A stretch of 64,000 bases of DNA from Proteobacteria bacterium CG1_02_64_396. GTDB taxonomy: Bacteria > Pseudomonadota > MNWR01 > CG1-02-64-396. Below are positions 23,897-33,427 of this stretch, one piece after another. The stretch lies in assembly GCA_001872725.1 (NCBI GenBank), contig MNWR01000007.1, forward strand, positions 5,673 to 69,672, given 5' to 3'. The translations under genes were made by a program, and so were the position numbers. The notes beneath the pieces are model-generated. The model was not told the DNA's origin. It ran no database searches and saw nothing but the letters and a program-made list of their open reading frames with translations. The number at the start of each line of letters is the position of its first letter. Position 1 is the stretch's first letter.

Positions 23897-26800
23897 GTGT
23901 GCATGTCCGACCACCCCGCCGCCGATCTTGAAGCGCTGCTCACCGCCGCCCTGCCGGTGGGCCATCCGGTGTTGGGTGCGATCAGTGCACAAGGACTGCT
24001 CAACTTCATCGCCCCCCCCTTCCCCGAAGACGACCCCTACCCGGTCCGCATCCACCTGGTTCCCCACGGCGAGGGGGCCAGCTACCTGCTGCAAGTTCAC
24101 ACCCCCGACCGCCCCTTTTTGATGGATGTCATCACCGGATTCCTGGCCCGTCAGCACCTCGGCATCAGCGGTATGGTCCACCGGGTGGTCAAGGTGGTGC
24201 GGGGGGAGGAGGGGGTGGCAGTCGAGCCGGGTCCCCAGGTCGAGGGGGGGCGGGGGGAGTTCGTTCTGGCTGCGGTGCTGCATCAAGAACAGCAAGAGGT
24301 GTTGGAGATCGAGGTAACGATCTGCGACCTAAGCGCCACCCTCAAGGCGGTGGCGGCTGCGGTTGACGACCACGGCGCCATGGAGCATCTGCTGCTGCAT
24401 CTGAGCCGCAGCTGGGGTCGCAAGGAGGTGCGTTGGTCCCGTTTTGCCCGCTGGTTGGTCGACGGCAACTACGTCTTTATGGGGGCACGTCGCTACCGTT
24501 GGAACGGACGGCAATGGGTGCCGGGCAAGGGTAAGGAGGATGCCCTGGGGGGATTTACCCCGGCCCTGCCCGAGGGGACGTTGGAGCGGGTGTACCCAGG
24601 GGTGCTGGCGCTGCTCACCGAGTATCTGGCCAAGTGGTGGCCCGTGCGCACAGCCCCGATGCTCCTCGATTTTACCAGGGCAGCCTCTGCGGCCAACTAC
24701 ATCGACGGCTGGATCGATCCGATTTTGCTGGCCGATCCCGACGGCCAATCCTGTTGGCTGCTGCTCGGGCGACTGGCCCGCGCTGCCACCGTCACCCGTC
24801 CCTCTGGGATTCCCCTGCTGGCCGAGCGGATGAACCGGGTGCTGCAAAACGTCGGCGAAAGGGGTGAGACCTACCGGGGCCGCACTTTGCGGGCGCTCTT
24901 CAACCATATGCCGCTGCGCGAGCTGCTCTATTCCAGCGCCGAGGACATACAGCCTCTTCTGGAGGCGGCCATCGCTCTGACCGGCGATGTCGATTTGCGC
25001 CTGCATCTGCGCCGAGGGGGTTGCTGCGACTACGTGGCGTTAACCCTGTTCATCCCCAGGGGGCGCTACTCGGCGGCGTTGGAGCGGCGGCTGCAAAGCC
25101 GGGTGGAGCACGCCTTTGGGCTGAAGGTCGTCCGCACCCAATCGGCCCTGGCCGACACATTCGCCGCATTAACTTGCTTCATGCCCGGTCCCATCGACAC
25201 GGCGCTGCGCGAGGTCGATTTGGAGCGGCTGCGTCTGAGCATGATCGAGGCGGTGAAAACCTGGGGGGACCGTTTCAAAGAGGCGATCTTTGAGCGCTTC
25301 CCTCGGCGCCAGGCGCTGCCGCTGTTGATGCGCTACCTCAACGCTTTTCCCGAGTCGTTTCAGGCCCGTGTCCCCCCCGGTCAGGCAGTCGAAGGGCTGG
25401 CGGGAATCGAGGATTTTCTCATCGACGGCTTCCCCCAGGTGTTGCTGGGGCAGGGGGCCGGTACCGTCTGGGCCCTGAGCGCCATCCTCCCCGAGCGCCG
25501 TCCCCTGGGAGAGGTGATCGCCGCCATCGGTCGGGTCGGATTGACGGTTCAAGAGGAGATCTTCACCAGGCTCGAAATCGAAGGGCGCACCGTCTGTGTG
25601 TGGCGTTTCGAGTTGGTCGACGATCCCGCCCTTGCCTCCCTGGAGGCCAACGGTGCCACGGTCGCCTCGGTGCTGACCGAGGTGTTGGCAGGACGGATGA
25701 TGGACGATCCCCTCAACGCCTTGGCGCTGAATGGTGGATTGACCCCCCGCTGTCTGGTGCGGCTGCGCGGGTTGCTGCGGTTGGTTGCCCAGCTCAACCC
25801 CGCCATTGGGCCCCTCTTTTCCACCGCGATCCTCACCGGCGATCCCGCCCTGGCCCGAGCAGTCCTTGATGGTCTGGCGGCGAGATTCGATCCAGCCCAC
25901 CTCGACGAGCAGGGTTGGGAGGAGGCCAAATCCCGATTTAACGAGGCGCTTGGTCGCATTCGCCTGCTGCGCGAGGACCGGGCGATGCGGGCGCTGTGGC
26001 AGGTGTTGGAGTTGGTGGTGCGCACCGACGCCTTTCATCCCGAGGCGGGGGAGGGGGTCGCCTTCAAATGCTTGGGGGGCGATCTGCCAACCCCTTTCAG
26101 CCCCCATCCCTGGAAGCTGGTCTTCGTCCACGACCAGCGTATGGACGCCGTCCATCTGCGCGGCGGTCCGGTGGCTCGGGGGGGGCTACGCTGGAGCGAC
26201 CGGGGTGATTTCTACGTCGAGGTGCTGGGGCTGATGGCGACCCAGATGGTCAAGAACGCCATCATTGTGCCGGTCGGGGCCAAGGGGGGGTTTTACCTGC
26301 ACGGGGGGCAAAAGGGTGCCAAACAGGTGCGCGAGGCCTACCGTCGCTTCGTTGCTGCCCTGCTGCGCTTGAGCGACAACCGAATTGGGGAGGAGATTGT
26401 TCCCCCCGAGGGGATCGTCCGGCGGGATGATGACGATCCCTACCTGGTGGTGGCGGCCGACAAGGGGACCGCGACCTTCTCGGATCTGGCCAACGAGGTG
26501 GCGCTGGAACGGGGGTTTTGGCTGGGCGACGCCTTCGCCTCGGGGGGCTCCCACGGCTACGACCACAAAGAGATCGGGATTACCGCTCGGGGCGCTTGGG
26601 AATCGGTGCGCCACCTCTTCCGCCTGATCGGGCTCGACCCGCAGGCCGACACCCTGACCGTGGTCGGGATTGGCTCCCCCGCCGGGGATGTCTTCGGTAA
26701 TGGCATGTTGCTGTCGCGCAGCCTCAAGCTGATCGGCGCCTTCACCGGCAAAACCATCTTCATCGACCCCGATCCCGACCCCGAGCGCTCCTGGCTTGAG

Positions 26801-28579
26801 CGCAGGCGGCTCTTCGAAACCTGCCAAAGCTGGGAGGCTTACGACACCCACCAAATCAGCCCCGGCGGCGGCATTTTCGACCGCAGCGCCAAGGCGATCG
26901 ACCTGCCCGAACCCTTCGCCAGATTCCTTGGCATCGAAACCCAGATTTCGGGGGAGGCGCTAATACAGGCGCTGCTCCAGGCGCCGGTCGACCTGCTCTA
27001 CAACGGCGGGATCGGCACCTACATCAAAGCGGCTGCCGAACCCCACGAAGCGGTGATGGACAAGGTGAACGATCCGGTTCGGGTGAACGCCGAGCAGGTG
27101 CGGGCCAGCGTGCTGGTCGAGGGGGGCAATCTAGGGCTGACCATGCGGGCGCGGATCGTCCTGGACCGGCAAGGGGTTTTGCTCAACACCGACGCGCTCG
27201 ACAACTCGGGCGGGGTCAACATGAGCGATCACGAGGTCAATCTAAAGATCTTGGCCATGGATCTGCTCCAGCGCGGGATCTGGCGCAACGTCGAGGAGCG
27301 CAACATCCGGCTGAAAAGCTGGGAGGGGGAGGTGGCGGCCCAGGTTCTGGACGACAACGCCCAAATGGTTCGGGCCATCACCTTGGACGGGCGGCGCAGC
27401 CGCGCCAAGAGGCGGTTCTGGCGCGGCTCTCTGGCCCGCTGGTTCGAACAGGGGGTGCTGGAGGAGGGGGAGGAGGGGATCTCCGAGGGGGCGGTGGGCG
27501 CCTGGCTCGAAGAGGAGCGGGGGATTCCCCGGCCCCTGTTGGCGGTACTGCTGGGCAAGTTGATCCACCACACCGCCGAAATCCTGGGGCGCAATCGGGA
27601 GTGGATCGACCGGGCCAGCCAGCAACCGCTGCTGCTCGATTACTTCCCCAAAGAGGTCGTGCGGCTTTACCCCGAGGCGGTCGAACGCCACCCCCTGGGT
27701 TGGGAGATCACCGCCACCGTGGTGGCCAAACGGATCCATTTTAATGGCGGGGCACGGGCGCTGGAGCGGATCCAGCGCGGGACCGATCTATCGCTGCCCG
27801 ACGCGGTGCGGGCTTGGTTGGTGGCCGAGGCGCTGCTGCCGATTCACGACTACCGAGCCGCTCTGAATGCCCTGGAGGGTCAGGTATCCCCCGACCTGTG
27901 GTTGGAGGCGCGGATGCGGGGCGAGGACGGGGTGGTCCATGTGGCGGCTGCGTTGGCCCGAATCGGCGATCCGCTGCGCATTCAGTTCGATTTGGCCCAC
28001 CACTACCGCCAAGTTGTGAGCGACTACTTCGACACCCTGTTCGAGCGGTTGGTCGCTTTGGGACGCAGCGATCTGCGTGCGGAATGTGACGATCTGGTTG
28101 CGGCGGGGATCCCCGAGGCGGTCGCCTGCCACGCAGTATGTTGGCCCGACATGGAGCGGGTGGGGCGCATCATCCTGATCAAAGAGGATGTCCACCTCCC
28201 CTTCGGCGACGTTGCCGGGCTCTGGCTCCACCTCCATGCCCGTTTTGCCATGGACGACCTCCAACGGTGGGTCGACGCCCTGCAAGCCCGCGATTCGTGG
28301 GGGGAACAGGCCCGTGAGCGCTTGCTCCTGCGCCTGGAGCGACTTCCGGCCCGCTTGCTCGTCAAGGTGCTGGGATTCAAACGCTCCCACGAGAGTATCG
28401 AACACGCTTTGGACGCCTTCTTGGAGGAGCATCGCCCTTTGATCAAACAGTTCGACATCAACCTGACCGCTTTCCGCAGCGATGAGGGGAAGGTGGGCAT
28501 TTTGGGATTGGAGTTGTTGGTGGAGGATTTGGAGGGGTTGGTGGAGCGGAGCCAGGACGTACATGAACTGGGGCGCTAG
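23897..28579 (+). CDS. gdhB: NAD-specific glutamate dehydrogenase, large (~180 kDa) bacterial type
   Basis: 1560 aa. The catalytic core (…GGLRWSDRGDFYVEVLGLMATQMVKNAIIVPVGAKGGFYL…) matches the Bac_GDH family, and the long N- and C-terminal regions are typical of GdhB. Confidence 0.85.
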   Translation: MCMSDHPAADLEALLTAALPVGHPVLGAISAQGLLNFIAPPFPEDDPYPVRIHLVPHGEGASYLLQVHTPDRPFLMDVITGFLARQHLGISGMVHRVVKVVRGEEGVAVEPGPQVEGGRGEFVLAAVLHQEQQEVLEIEVTICDLSATLKAVAAAVDDHGAMEHLLLHLSRSWGRKEVRWSRFARWLVDGNYVFMGARRYRWNGRQWVPGKGKEDALGGFTPALPEGTLERVYPGVLALLTEYLAKWWPVRTAPMLLDFTRAASAANYIDGWIDPILLADPDGQSCWLLLGRLARAATVTRPSGIPLLAERMNRVLQNVGERGETYRGRTLRALFNHMPLRELLYSSAEDIQPLLEAAIALTGDVDLRLHLRRGGCCDYVALTLFIPRGRYSAALERRLQSRVEHAFGLKVVRTQSALADTFAALTCFMPGPIDTALREVDLERLRLSMIEAVKTWGDRFKEAIFERFPRRQALPLLMRYLNAFPESFQARVPPGQAVEGLAGIEDFLIDGFPQVLLGQGAGTVWALSAILPERRPLGEVIAAIGRVGLTVQEEIFTRLEIEGRTVCVWRFELVDDPALASLEANGATVASVLTEVLAGRMMDDPLNALALNGGLTPRCLVRLRGLLRLVAQLNPAIGPLFSTAILTGDPALARAVLDGLAARFDPAHLDEQGWEEAKSRFNEALGRIRLLREDRAMRALWQVLELVVRTDAFHPEAGEGVAFKCLGGDLPTPFSPHPWKLVFVHDQRMDAVHLRGGPVARGGLRWSDRGDFYVEVLGLMATQMVKNAIIVPVGAKGGFYLHGGQKGAKQVREAYRRFVAALLRLSDNRIGEEIVPPEGIVRRDDDDPYLVVAADKGTATFSDLANEVALERGFWLGDAFASGGSHGYDHKEIGITARGAWESVRHLFRLIGLDPQADTLTVVGIGSPAGDVFGNGMLLSRSLKLIGAFTGKTIFIDPDPDPERSWLERRRLFETCQSWEAYDTHQISPGGGIFDRSAKAIDLPEPFARFLGIETQISGEALIQALLQAPVDLLYNGGIGTYIKAAAEPHEAVMDKVNDPVRVNAEQVRASVLVEGGNLGLTMRARIVLDRQGVLLNTDALDNSGGVNMSDHEVNLKILAMDLLQRGIWRNVEERNIRLKSWEGEVAAQVLDDNAQMVRAITLDGRRSRAKRRFWRGSLARWFEQGVLEEGEEGISEGAVGAWLEEERGIPRPLLAVLLGKLIHHTAEILGRNREWIDRASQQPLLLDYFPKEVVRLYPEAVERHPLGWEITATVVAKRIHFNGGARALERIQRGTDLSLPDAVRAWLVAEALLPIHDYRAALNALEGQVSPDLWLEARMRGEDGVVHVAAALARIGDPLRIQFDLAHHYRQVVSDYFDTLFERLVALGRSDLRAECDDLVAAGIPEAVACHAVCWPDMERVGRIILIKEDVHLPFGDVAGLWLHLHARFAMDDLQRWVDALQARDSWGEQARERLLLRLERLPARLLVKVLGFKRSHESIEHALDAFLEEHRPLIKQFDINLTAFRSDEGKVGILGLELLVEDLEGLVERSQDVHELGR

Positions 28580-28744
28580 GAGTCTGTCGGGCTTGAGCGT
28601 CCGTAGCGAGCCGAGTGGGGAATCGAGGCCAAATTTTCACGGTTTTGAGGATCATAGTGGTGGCTATGTGACGAAAAACCGGGGGAATTTGGACCGATTA
28701 CCCGCCGGCGCAGTAGGACGATCTCAAGTCCGACAGACTCCTAG
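28576..28744. repeat. 22-nt near-perfect inverted repeat (21/22) flanking a 125-nt spacer, starting at the gdhB stop codon
   Basis: Arm 1 is CTAGGAGTCTGTCGGGCTTGAG (28576–28597). Arm 2 is CTCAAGTCCGACAGACTCCTAG (28723–28744). This could be a MITE or ncRNA closing stem. Confidence 0.4.
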
Positions 28745-28877
28745 ATGCCAAACGTCGGAATAGCCCTGTGATGGGGATCAACTTTTAAATTGACTCGCTT
28801 ATCGAGAGGTTGAATGGTGCGCCCCTCAAAGTAGGAATGGACGGGTTGTTTTCTCAAGCAACGAACAGGGGTGGAAT

Positions 28878-29870
28878 ATGGAACGGACGACGGGAGTGAA
28901 CAGCTGGGCGAGCGCAATGCTGGTGGTGGGATTATTGACGGTGGCGGGATGCAACAGCGGAGGGGGTTCGAGCAGTTCGACGAGTTCAACCATTACCTAC
29001 TCGGGTTCAACTCAACCTGCGCAGATCGATACCACCAATGCCGGGACGGTGGCAGGGACCAGTGCAGGGGGAGCGGGGGCAGCCTCGGCGGTCGCGGCTG
29101 GGGCGGTTGCGACCCCCTCGTCGTCGGGTTCCGCATCCCACATCGGCCATCTTGTCGCCTCGTTGGCAAAGGAGAGGTACCAAACGTTTCCCCGTGGAAC
29201 GGGTCCGGCAGGGGTGACCTACAACCAGACGATCCCCGGCGCTGTGAGCGGTTCGATGACCGTCTCGGGGAGTGTGAACGCCACCACCCAGGTGGGTACG
29301 GTCACCATCGCATTCAATCAATACAACGATGGAGTTGGGAGCATGGACGGCAGCATGACCGTGCAGGTTGTCGGCTACGACATTGCAAGCGACACCATGA
29401 CCGATGCGACCATTCAGTTCGATCATTTGACCGTAAAGGATTCGGTGGACTGGTTTTCGATGAATGGTTCGATTGTCGATCGCGTCAATTTGACCAGCCA
29501 AACCGAGACCATGACCTCCAATCTCGACATGGTCGATCACTACCTCGGCGAATCGGTACGCTTTCAGAACTTCGTCATTGTTGACGTGTACGATTCTTTC
29601 CTCTTTCCGACCACCTACACCGAGACGGAGAACGGTCGGGTTTACATCTCCTCTTTTGGCTACGTCGACCTCACGACCGCTGCGCCCTTGGTCTACACCG
29701 AGGCGACTCAGGCCAATCCCGATTCGGGGGGGCCGATCACCATGACAGGCGCCAACAACAGTGCGGTTCGGCTTACCCCGGTGGACGCCACCAACGTTTT
29801 CGAAGAGGTTGATGCCAATGGCGACGGGGTCTTTGAGTTCAGCCAGACGGTAGCGTGGTCGAATTTGTGA
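28878..29870 (+). CDS. Hypothetical lipoprotein with an S/G/T/A-rich linker and a beta-rich domain
   Basis: Signal peptide plus lipobox (LLTVAG|C). A low-complexity linker (SGGGSSSSTSST… AGTSAGGAGAASAVAAGAVATPSSSGSAS) precedes a ~230-aa domain of unknown function. Confidence 0.6.
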   Translation: MERTTGVNSWASAMLVVGLLTVAGCNSGGGSSSSTSSTITYSGSTQPAQIDTTNAGTVAGTSAGGAGAASAVAAGAVATPSSSGSASHIGHLVASLAKERYQTFPRGTGPAGVTYNQTIPGAVSGSMTVSGSVNATTQVGTVTIAFNQYNDGVGSMDGSMTVQVVGYDIASDTMTDATIQFDHLTVKDSVDWFSMNGSIVDRVNLTSQTETMTSNLDMVDHYLGESVRFQNFVIVDVYDSFLFPTTYTETENGRVYISSFGYVDLTTAAPLVYTEATQANPDSGGPITMTGANNSAVRLTPVDATNVFEEVDANGDGVFEFSQTVAWSNL

Positions 29871-29901
29871 CGCTGTTGTAGCCAACGATGTGCCGTGCGG
29901 A

Positions 29902-29932
29902 CCGCCTCCGATATTCGGAGGCGGTTTCGTTT
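29902..29932 (+). terminator. Rho-independent terminator after the lipoprotein gene
   Basis: CCGCCTCCG-ATATT-CGGAGGCGG followed by TTTCGTTT. Confidence 0.55.
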
Positions 29933-30269
29933 ATGGGGTCTTGAAGTGGTAATGCTCCCGATCCAGGTGGGCAGCGATGTCGGCCAGATCGGTTTCGGTC
30001 AGGTGTTTGCCCCCCGCGTCGGCGGGGCAGAAGCGTTTGGCGAAGGTGATAACCTCGCTCCGATTCTGGGCCGTCAGGCCGTTGTTGAAGGCCTCGCCTT
30101 GCATGACGTGGCAAACCTGGGCACATGAGGCCTCGAAAAGGGGAGCGCCCCGGTCGGGGTCGGGATCGGCGAAGGCTAGGCCAGGTAGGGTCAGAGCGGT
30201 CAGGGTCAGGGCGGCGAAACGCATGATGGAACCTCCGGTGGGGGTTGCACTCGATGGGGCGGCAACCAT
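29931..30269 (-). CDS. Periplasmic monoheme c-type cytochrome
   Basis: Signal peptide (MRFAALTLTALTLPGLAFA) and a single CxxCH site (CAQVCH). 112 aa. Confidence 0.7.
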   Translation of the reverse strand: MVAAPSSATPTGGSIMRFAALTLTALTLPGLAFADPDPDRGAPLFEASCAQVCHVMQGEAFNNGLTAQNRSEVITFAKRFCPADAGGKHLTETDLADIAAHLDREHYHFKTP

Positions 30270-30330
30270 GATAAGCGCCCCCGGCTGGAAACAACGTTCT
30301 CTTTTTCTTTTTGGCGAATAGGAGTCTTCG

Positions 30331-30453
30331 ATGGCGACTCAAGTCGGTCAAATCTATGTGTGCCCCTATTGCGGCAACGTGGTCGAGGTCAAGAAGGCGG
30401 GCGGCGGCACCCTGGTGTGCTGTGGCGCCCCCATGGCCATGCAGGCGGCTTGA
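30331..30453 (+). CDS. Desulforedoxin-like small metal-binding protein (40 aa), absent from the ORF track (<60 aa)
   Basis: [40 protein letters not shown] carries the desulforedoxin / Dfx N-domain Cys4 pattern (CxxC…GGGTLVCCG). AGGAG sits 7 nt upstream and an intrinsic terminator follows downstream. Confidence 0.6.
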   Translation: MATQVGQIYVCPYCGNVVEVKKAGGGTLVCCGAPMAMQAA

Positions 30454-30476
30454 TCGTCTTTGCTCCTTGGCCTATT

Positions 30477-30512
30477 CAAAAAAAGCCCGGGAGTGATCCC
30501 GGGCTTTTTTTG
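30477..30512. terminator. Bidirectional intrinsic terminator between the desulforedoxin-like gene and the convergent cupin gene
   Basis: CAAAAAAA-GCCCGGG-AGTGAT-CCCGGGC-TTTTTTTT. Confidence 0.65.
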
Positions 30513-30542
30513 TTGCTGCGTGGGTCGGGTGGAGGCGGTTGA

Positions 30543-30896
30543 TTAGCCGCGTTGCTCCATGCCGGCACCGGCTTTGGTCGCCTGAGCGGCCACCATGGTG
30601 GCGTTACCGGCAACCACCTTGTGCCAGGTCCCCTTGGGGGCCAGGACGACCGAACCGGCCTTCACCGCCACCGATTCCTCGGCGCCGCCCTCTTCTTGCA
30701 AGTAGAAGGTCCCCTCGCCCTGCATGAAGTAGAAAACCTGATCGCCGTTGGGGTGACGGTGCCAATCCAAAACGCTGTTGGCCTCGAAGTAGTACACGTC
30801 AGAGGCCAAATCGTCGGTCATGAGCAGGTTGATCTTGGGCACCGAACCGGGGGTGACGTTGATCGAATCGAGCAAGTTATGGACTTTGAGCGCCAT
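30543..30896 (-). CDS. Cupin-domain protein
   Basis: A 117-aa single cupin barrel with metal-site-like residues (WHRHPNGDQVFYFMQGEG… GTWHKV). Confidence 0.7.
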   Translation of the reverse strand: MALKVHNLLDSINVTPGSVPKINLLMTDDLASDVYYFEANSVLDWHRHPNGDQVFYFMQGEGTFYLQEEGGAEESVAVKAGSVVLAPKGTWHKVVAGNATMVAAQATKAGAGMEQRG

Positions 30897-31125
30897 GGTG
30901 AGCCTCCTGAAAAAAGTGAATGCGGGTCAAAAACTTTGGGATGAGTGAAAAGCGGGCGCAAGGATGTATTATCCGACTTGATCGGTCAACTATTCAGGCG
31001 TGCACCCCGATCCAATGGGTGGTGAACGGCGATAACCCTGAGCAGCCAAAGGATAAAATCCTATTTACAGATGGTTTGAGTTAAACCGCCCCTTTGTCTA
31101 TCCTTCGCCCCTTTTTCTGCAGCCC

Positions 31126-32382
31126 ATGTGCATGGAGTCCGCGCCGCTTATGTCCGACGCCCCTTTTAACCTGAGCTGGCCCCCCCGCCGCGTGGTGGTG
31201 GTGCTCTGTGGTGGGGTGGCGATCATCAAAGCATTGGAGGTCATCCGGCGGTTGCGCGACGAGGGGGTCGCGGTCACGCCGATCATGACCGCCTCGGCCC
31301 AGCGTTTTGTCAGCCCCTTGCTGGTGCAGGCATTGGCCGACGCGTCGGTCGAGCGTGAGCTGTTCGATGCCGCATCGGAACAGCGCATGGGGCACATCCG
31401 GCTGACCCGCGACGCCGCTGCGATTTTGGTTATGCCGACCACCGCCGACATGATGGCGCGACTGGCGCAGGGCCGAGCCGACGATTTGGCCACGGCGGCG
31501 ATTTTGGCGGCGCAGTGTCCGGTGGTGCTGGCTCCGGCGATGAACCCGGCGATGTGGTCGGCCCCACCGACCCGACGCAATGTGACCACCTTGCAACAAG
31601 ACGGACGGATCATCATCCCCCCCGCCAGGGGCATGATGGCCTGCGGCGAAGAGGGGGAGGGGCGGTTCCCCGAAGCGCAAGAGGTGATCGAGGAGCTGCG
31701 CGCAGCCCTAACCCCCAAGGTGCTCCGAGGGCGCAAGGTGGTGGTGACCGCCGGTCCGACGCGGGAGTGGCTCGATCCGGTCCGCTTCATCAGCAACCCC
31801 TCCAGCGGCGCCATGGGGGTGGCGGTGGCGCAGGCGGCTCGGGCCGCAGGGGCCCACGTGGTGTTGATCCACGGGCCACTTACGGTGGCGCTGCCAGCCG
31901 GGATCGAAACGGTGGCAGTTGAATCAGCCCGGGACATGGCCGTGGCGGTTGAGGGTCAAGCACCCGACAGCGACATCGGCATCTTCGTCGCGGCGGTCTC
32001 CGATTTTCGGGTTGCCGACCCGAAAGGGGCCAAGATGGCCCGAAGCGATCATCCCGAGGTACTGGCGTTGGTCGAAAACCCCGACATTCTGGCCATGGCC
32101 GGAAAGAAAAACTGGTTCAAACTGCGCATCGGTTTTGCCGCCCAGACCGAGGATGTGGCCGAAAAGGCGACCGAAAAATGTCGTCGCAAACAGGCCCACT
32201 TGGTGGCGGGCAATCAAGTCGGTGCCGGGCTGGGATTTGGGGTCGGGGCCAATCGGCTCGAAGTGGTCGACCGCGAGGGCACCGTTTCCGCCTGGGGCCC
32301 CGAAGACAAACGGGGGCTTGCCGAGCGTTTGATCGCCTTGGCCGCCCAGCGATTGGAACGGATTGAGGAGGCAGGGGCATGA
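31126..32382 (+). CDS. coaBC: Bifunctional phosphopantothenoylcysteine decarboxylase / phosphopantothenate-cysteine ligase
   Basis: An N-terminal flavoprotein domain (…[17 protein letters not shown]…) and a C-terminal CoaB domain. The start may instead be ATG 31150, which has a better RBS. There is a 4-nt overlap with dut (the classic coaBC-dut pair). Confidence 0.88.
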   Translation: MCMESAPLMSDAPFNLSWPPRRVVVVLCGGVAIIKALEVIRRLRDEGVAVTPIMTASAQRFVSPLLVQALADASVERELFDAASEQRMGHIRLTRDAAAILVMPTTADMMARLAQGRADDLATAAILAAQCPVVLAPAMNPAMWSAPPTRRNVTTLQQDGRIIIPPARGMMACGEEGEGRFPEAQEVIEELRAALTPKVLRGRKVVVTAGPTREWLDPVRFISNPSSGAMGVAVAQAARAAGAHVVLIHGPLTVALPAGIETVAVESARDMAVAVEGQAPDSDIGIFVAAVSDFRVADPKGAKMARSDHPEVLALVENPDILAMAGKKNWFKLRIGFAAQTEDVAEKATEKCRRKQAHLVAGNQVGAGLGFGVGANRLEVVDREGTVSAWGPEDKRGLAERLIALAAQRLERIEEAGA

Positions 32383-32819
32383 GGGTTCGGGTCGAGGTGA
32401 TCAAGCTGCGAGACGACGCGACGATCCCCGCCCCCGCCACCGAGCATGCGGCGGGTGTCGATCTGACCGCCGCCATGGACGATCTCATCGTTCTTGCCCC
32501 CATGGAGCGGGTGGCTGTTCCGACCGGACTTGCCATCGCCCTTCCGCCGGGGTTCGAGGGTCAGGTTCGTCCCAGGTCGGGACTGGCGCTGAAACATGGG
32601 ATTACGGTGCTCAACGCGCCGGGGACCATCGATGCCGATTACCGCGGCGAGGTGAAGGTCATCCTCGTCAATCTGGGGCAAACGGTTGAAACGATCCGTC
32701 CCGGCGAGCGGATTGCCCAGTTGGTGGTGGCGCCGGTCTCCACACCGAATTGGATCGAGGTTGAGGCACTGTCCGAAACCGTCCGGGGATCGGGCGGATT
32801 TGGTCATACCGGGCGCTGA
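32379..32819 (+). CDS. dut: dUTP diphosphatase
   Basis: 146 aa with dUTPase motifs (…AAGVDL… [28 protein letters not shown]…RIAQLV…). Confidence 0.9.
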   Translation: MRVRVEVIKLRDDATIPAPATEHAAGVDLTAAMDDLIVLAPMERVAVPTGLAIALPPGFEGQVRPRSGLALKHGITVLNAPGTIDADYRGEVKVILVNLGQTVETIRPGERIAQLVVAPVSTPNWIEVEALSETVRGSGGFGHTGR

Positions 32820-32849
32820 GCGGCGCCAAATAGGGGGAAGTCGTACGGT

Positions 32850-33284
32850 ATGCAAGCATCGCGAAAACTCATGGCAACCTACACGGTCTTGCTGGAACTC
32901 GCCTATCGCGGCGGTACCGATCCGCGGCGGTTGCGCGATTTGCTCGAGGCCAACAATCTTTCGCCCCGCTACTTAGAGCCGGTGGTCCAGGCGCTGGTCA
33001 AAGAGGGGATTCTTGTCAGTCATCGCGGTCCCAAGGGGGGCTACGCCCTGGCTAAGAGCCGTCAAGAGGTCAACCTGGGTCAGGTTGCCCGTTTGGTGGC
33101 TGGGGTCGACCGGGAGGTCGACGAACAAGAGAGCGATCTGTTTGGGGTGGTGAAGGGGATCGTGCAAGAGGCCGAGGTCAAGGCGATGGTTTATCTGGAC
33201 GGTTTAACGCTGCAGGACCTGTGCAATCTGGCCTACCGCAGCGGCATCCACAACCCGTGGGCTATGGGTGATACGCCGATTTAG
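32850..33284 (+). CDS. Rrf2-family transcriptional regulator (CymR/IscR-like, no obvious Cys cluster)
   Basis: An N-terminal winged helix (…YTVLLELAYRGG… LSPRYLEPVVQALVKEGILVSHRGPKGGYALAK…). It lies immediately upstream of the sulfur-assimilation cluster. Confidence 0.75.
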   Translation: MQASRKLMATYTVLLELAYRGGTDPRRLRDLLEANNLSPRYLEPVVQALVKEGILVSHRGPKGGYALAKSRQEVNLGQVARLVAGVDREVDEQESDLFGVVKGIVQEAEVKAMVYLDGLTLQDLCNLAYRSGIHNPWAMGDTPI

Positions 33285-33338
33285 CTAAAAAATATTGTTG
33301 AATAAAAAAACAACAACATATTTTTTACGCAAAACTTT

Positions 33339-33367
33339 TTGACAAACCCATTTTCAATCCGTTTAAT
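33339..33367 (+). promoter_or_regulatory. Consensus-like sigma70 promoter in the AT-rich island upstream of the thrC-like gene, preceded by an imperfect palindrome that is a candidate Rrf2 operator
   Basis: TTGACA (33339–33344), a 17-nt spacer, then TTTAAT (33362–33367). Upstream lies AATATTGTTG…CAACAACATATT (~33296–33328). The 33285–33427 region is strikingly AT-rich in a 63% GC genome. Confidence 0.45.
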
Positions 33368-33427
33368 TCCATCTCGGACAACGCTTGCGCTGTCGGATGG
33401 CCAACGAACCATGCTGTGGAGTAGCGA

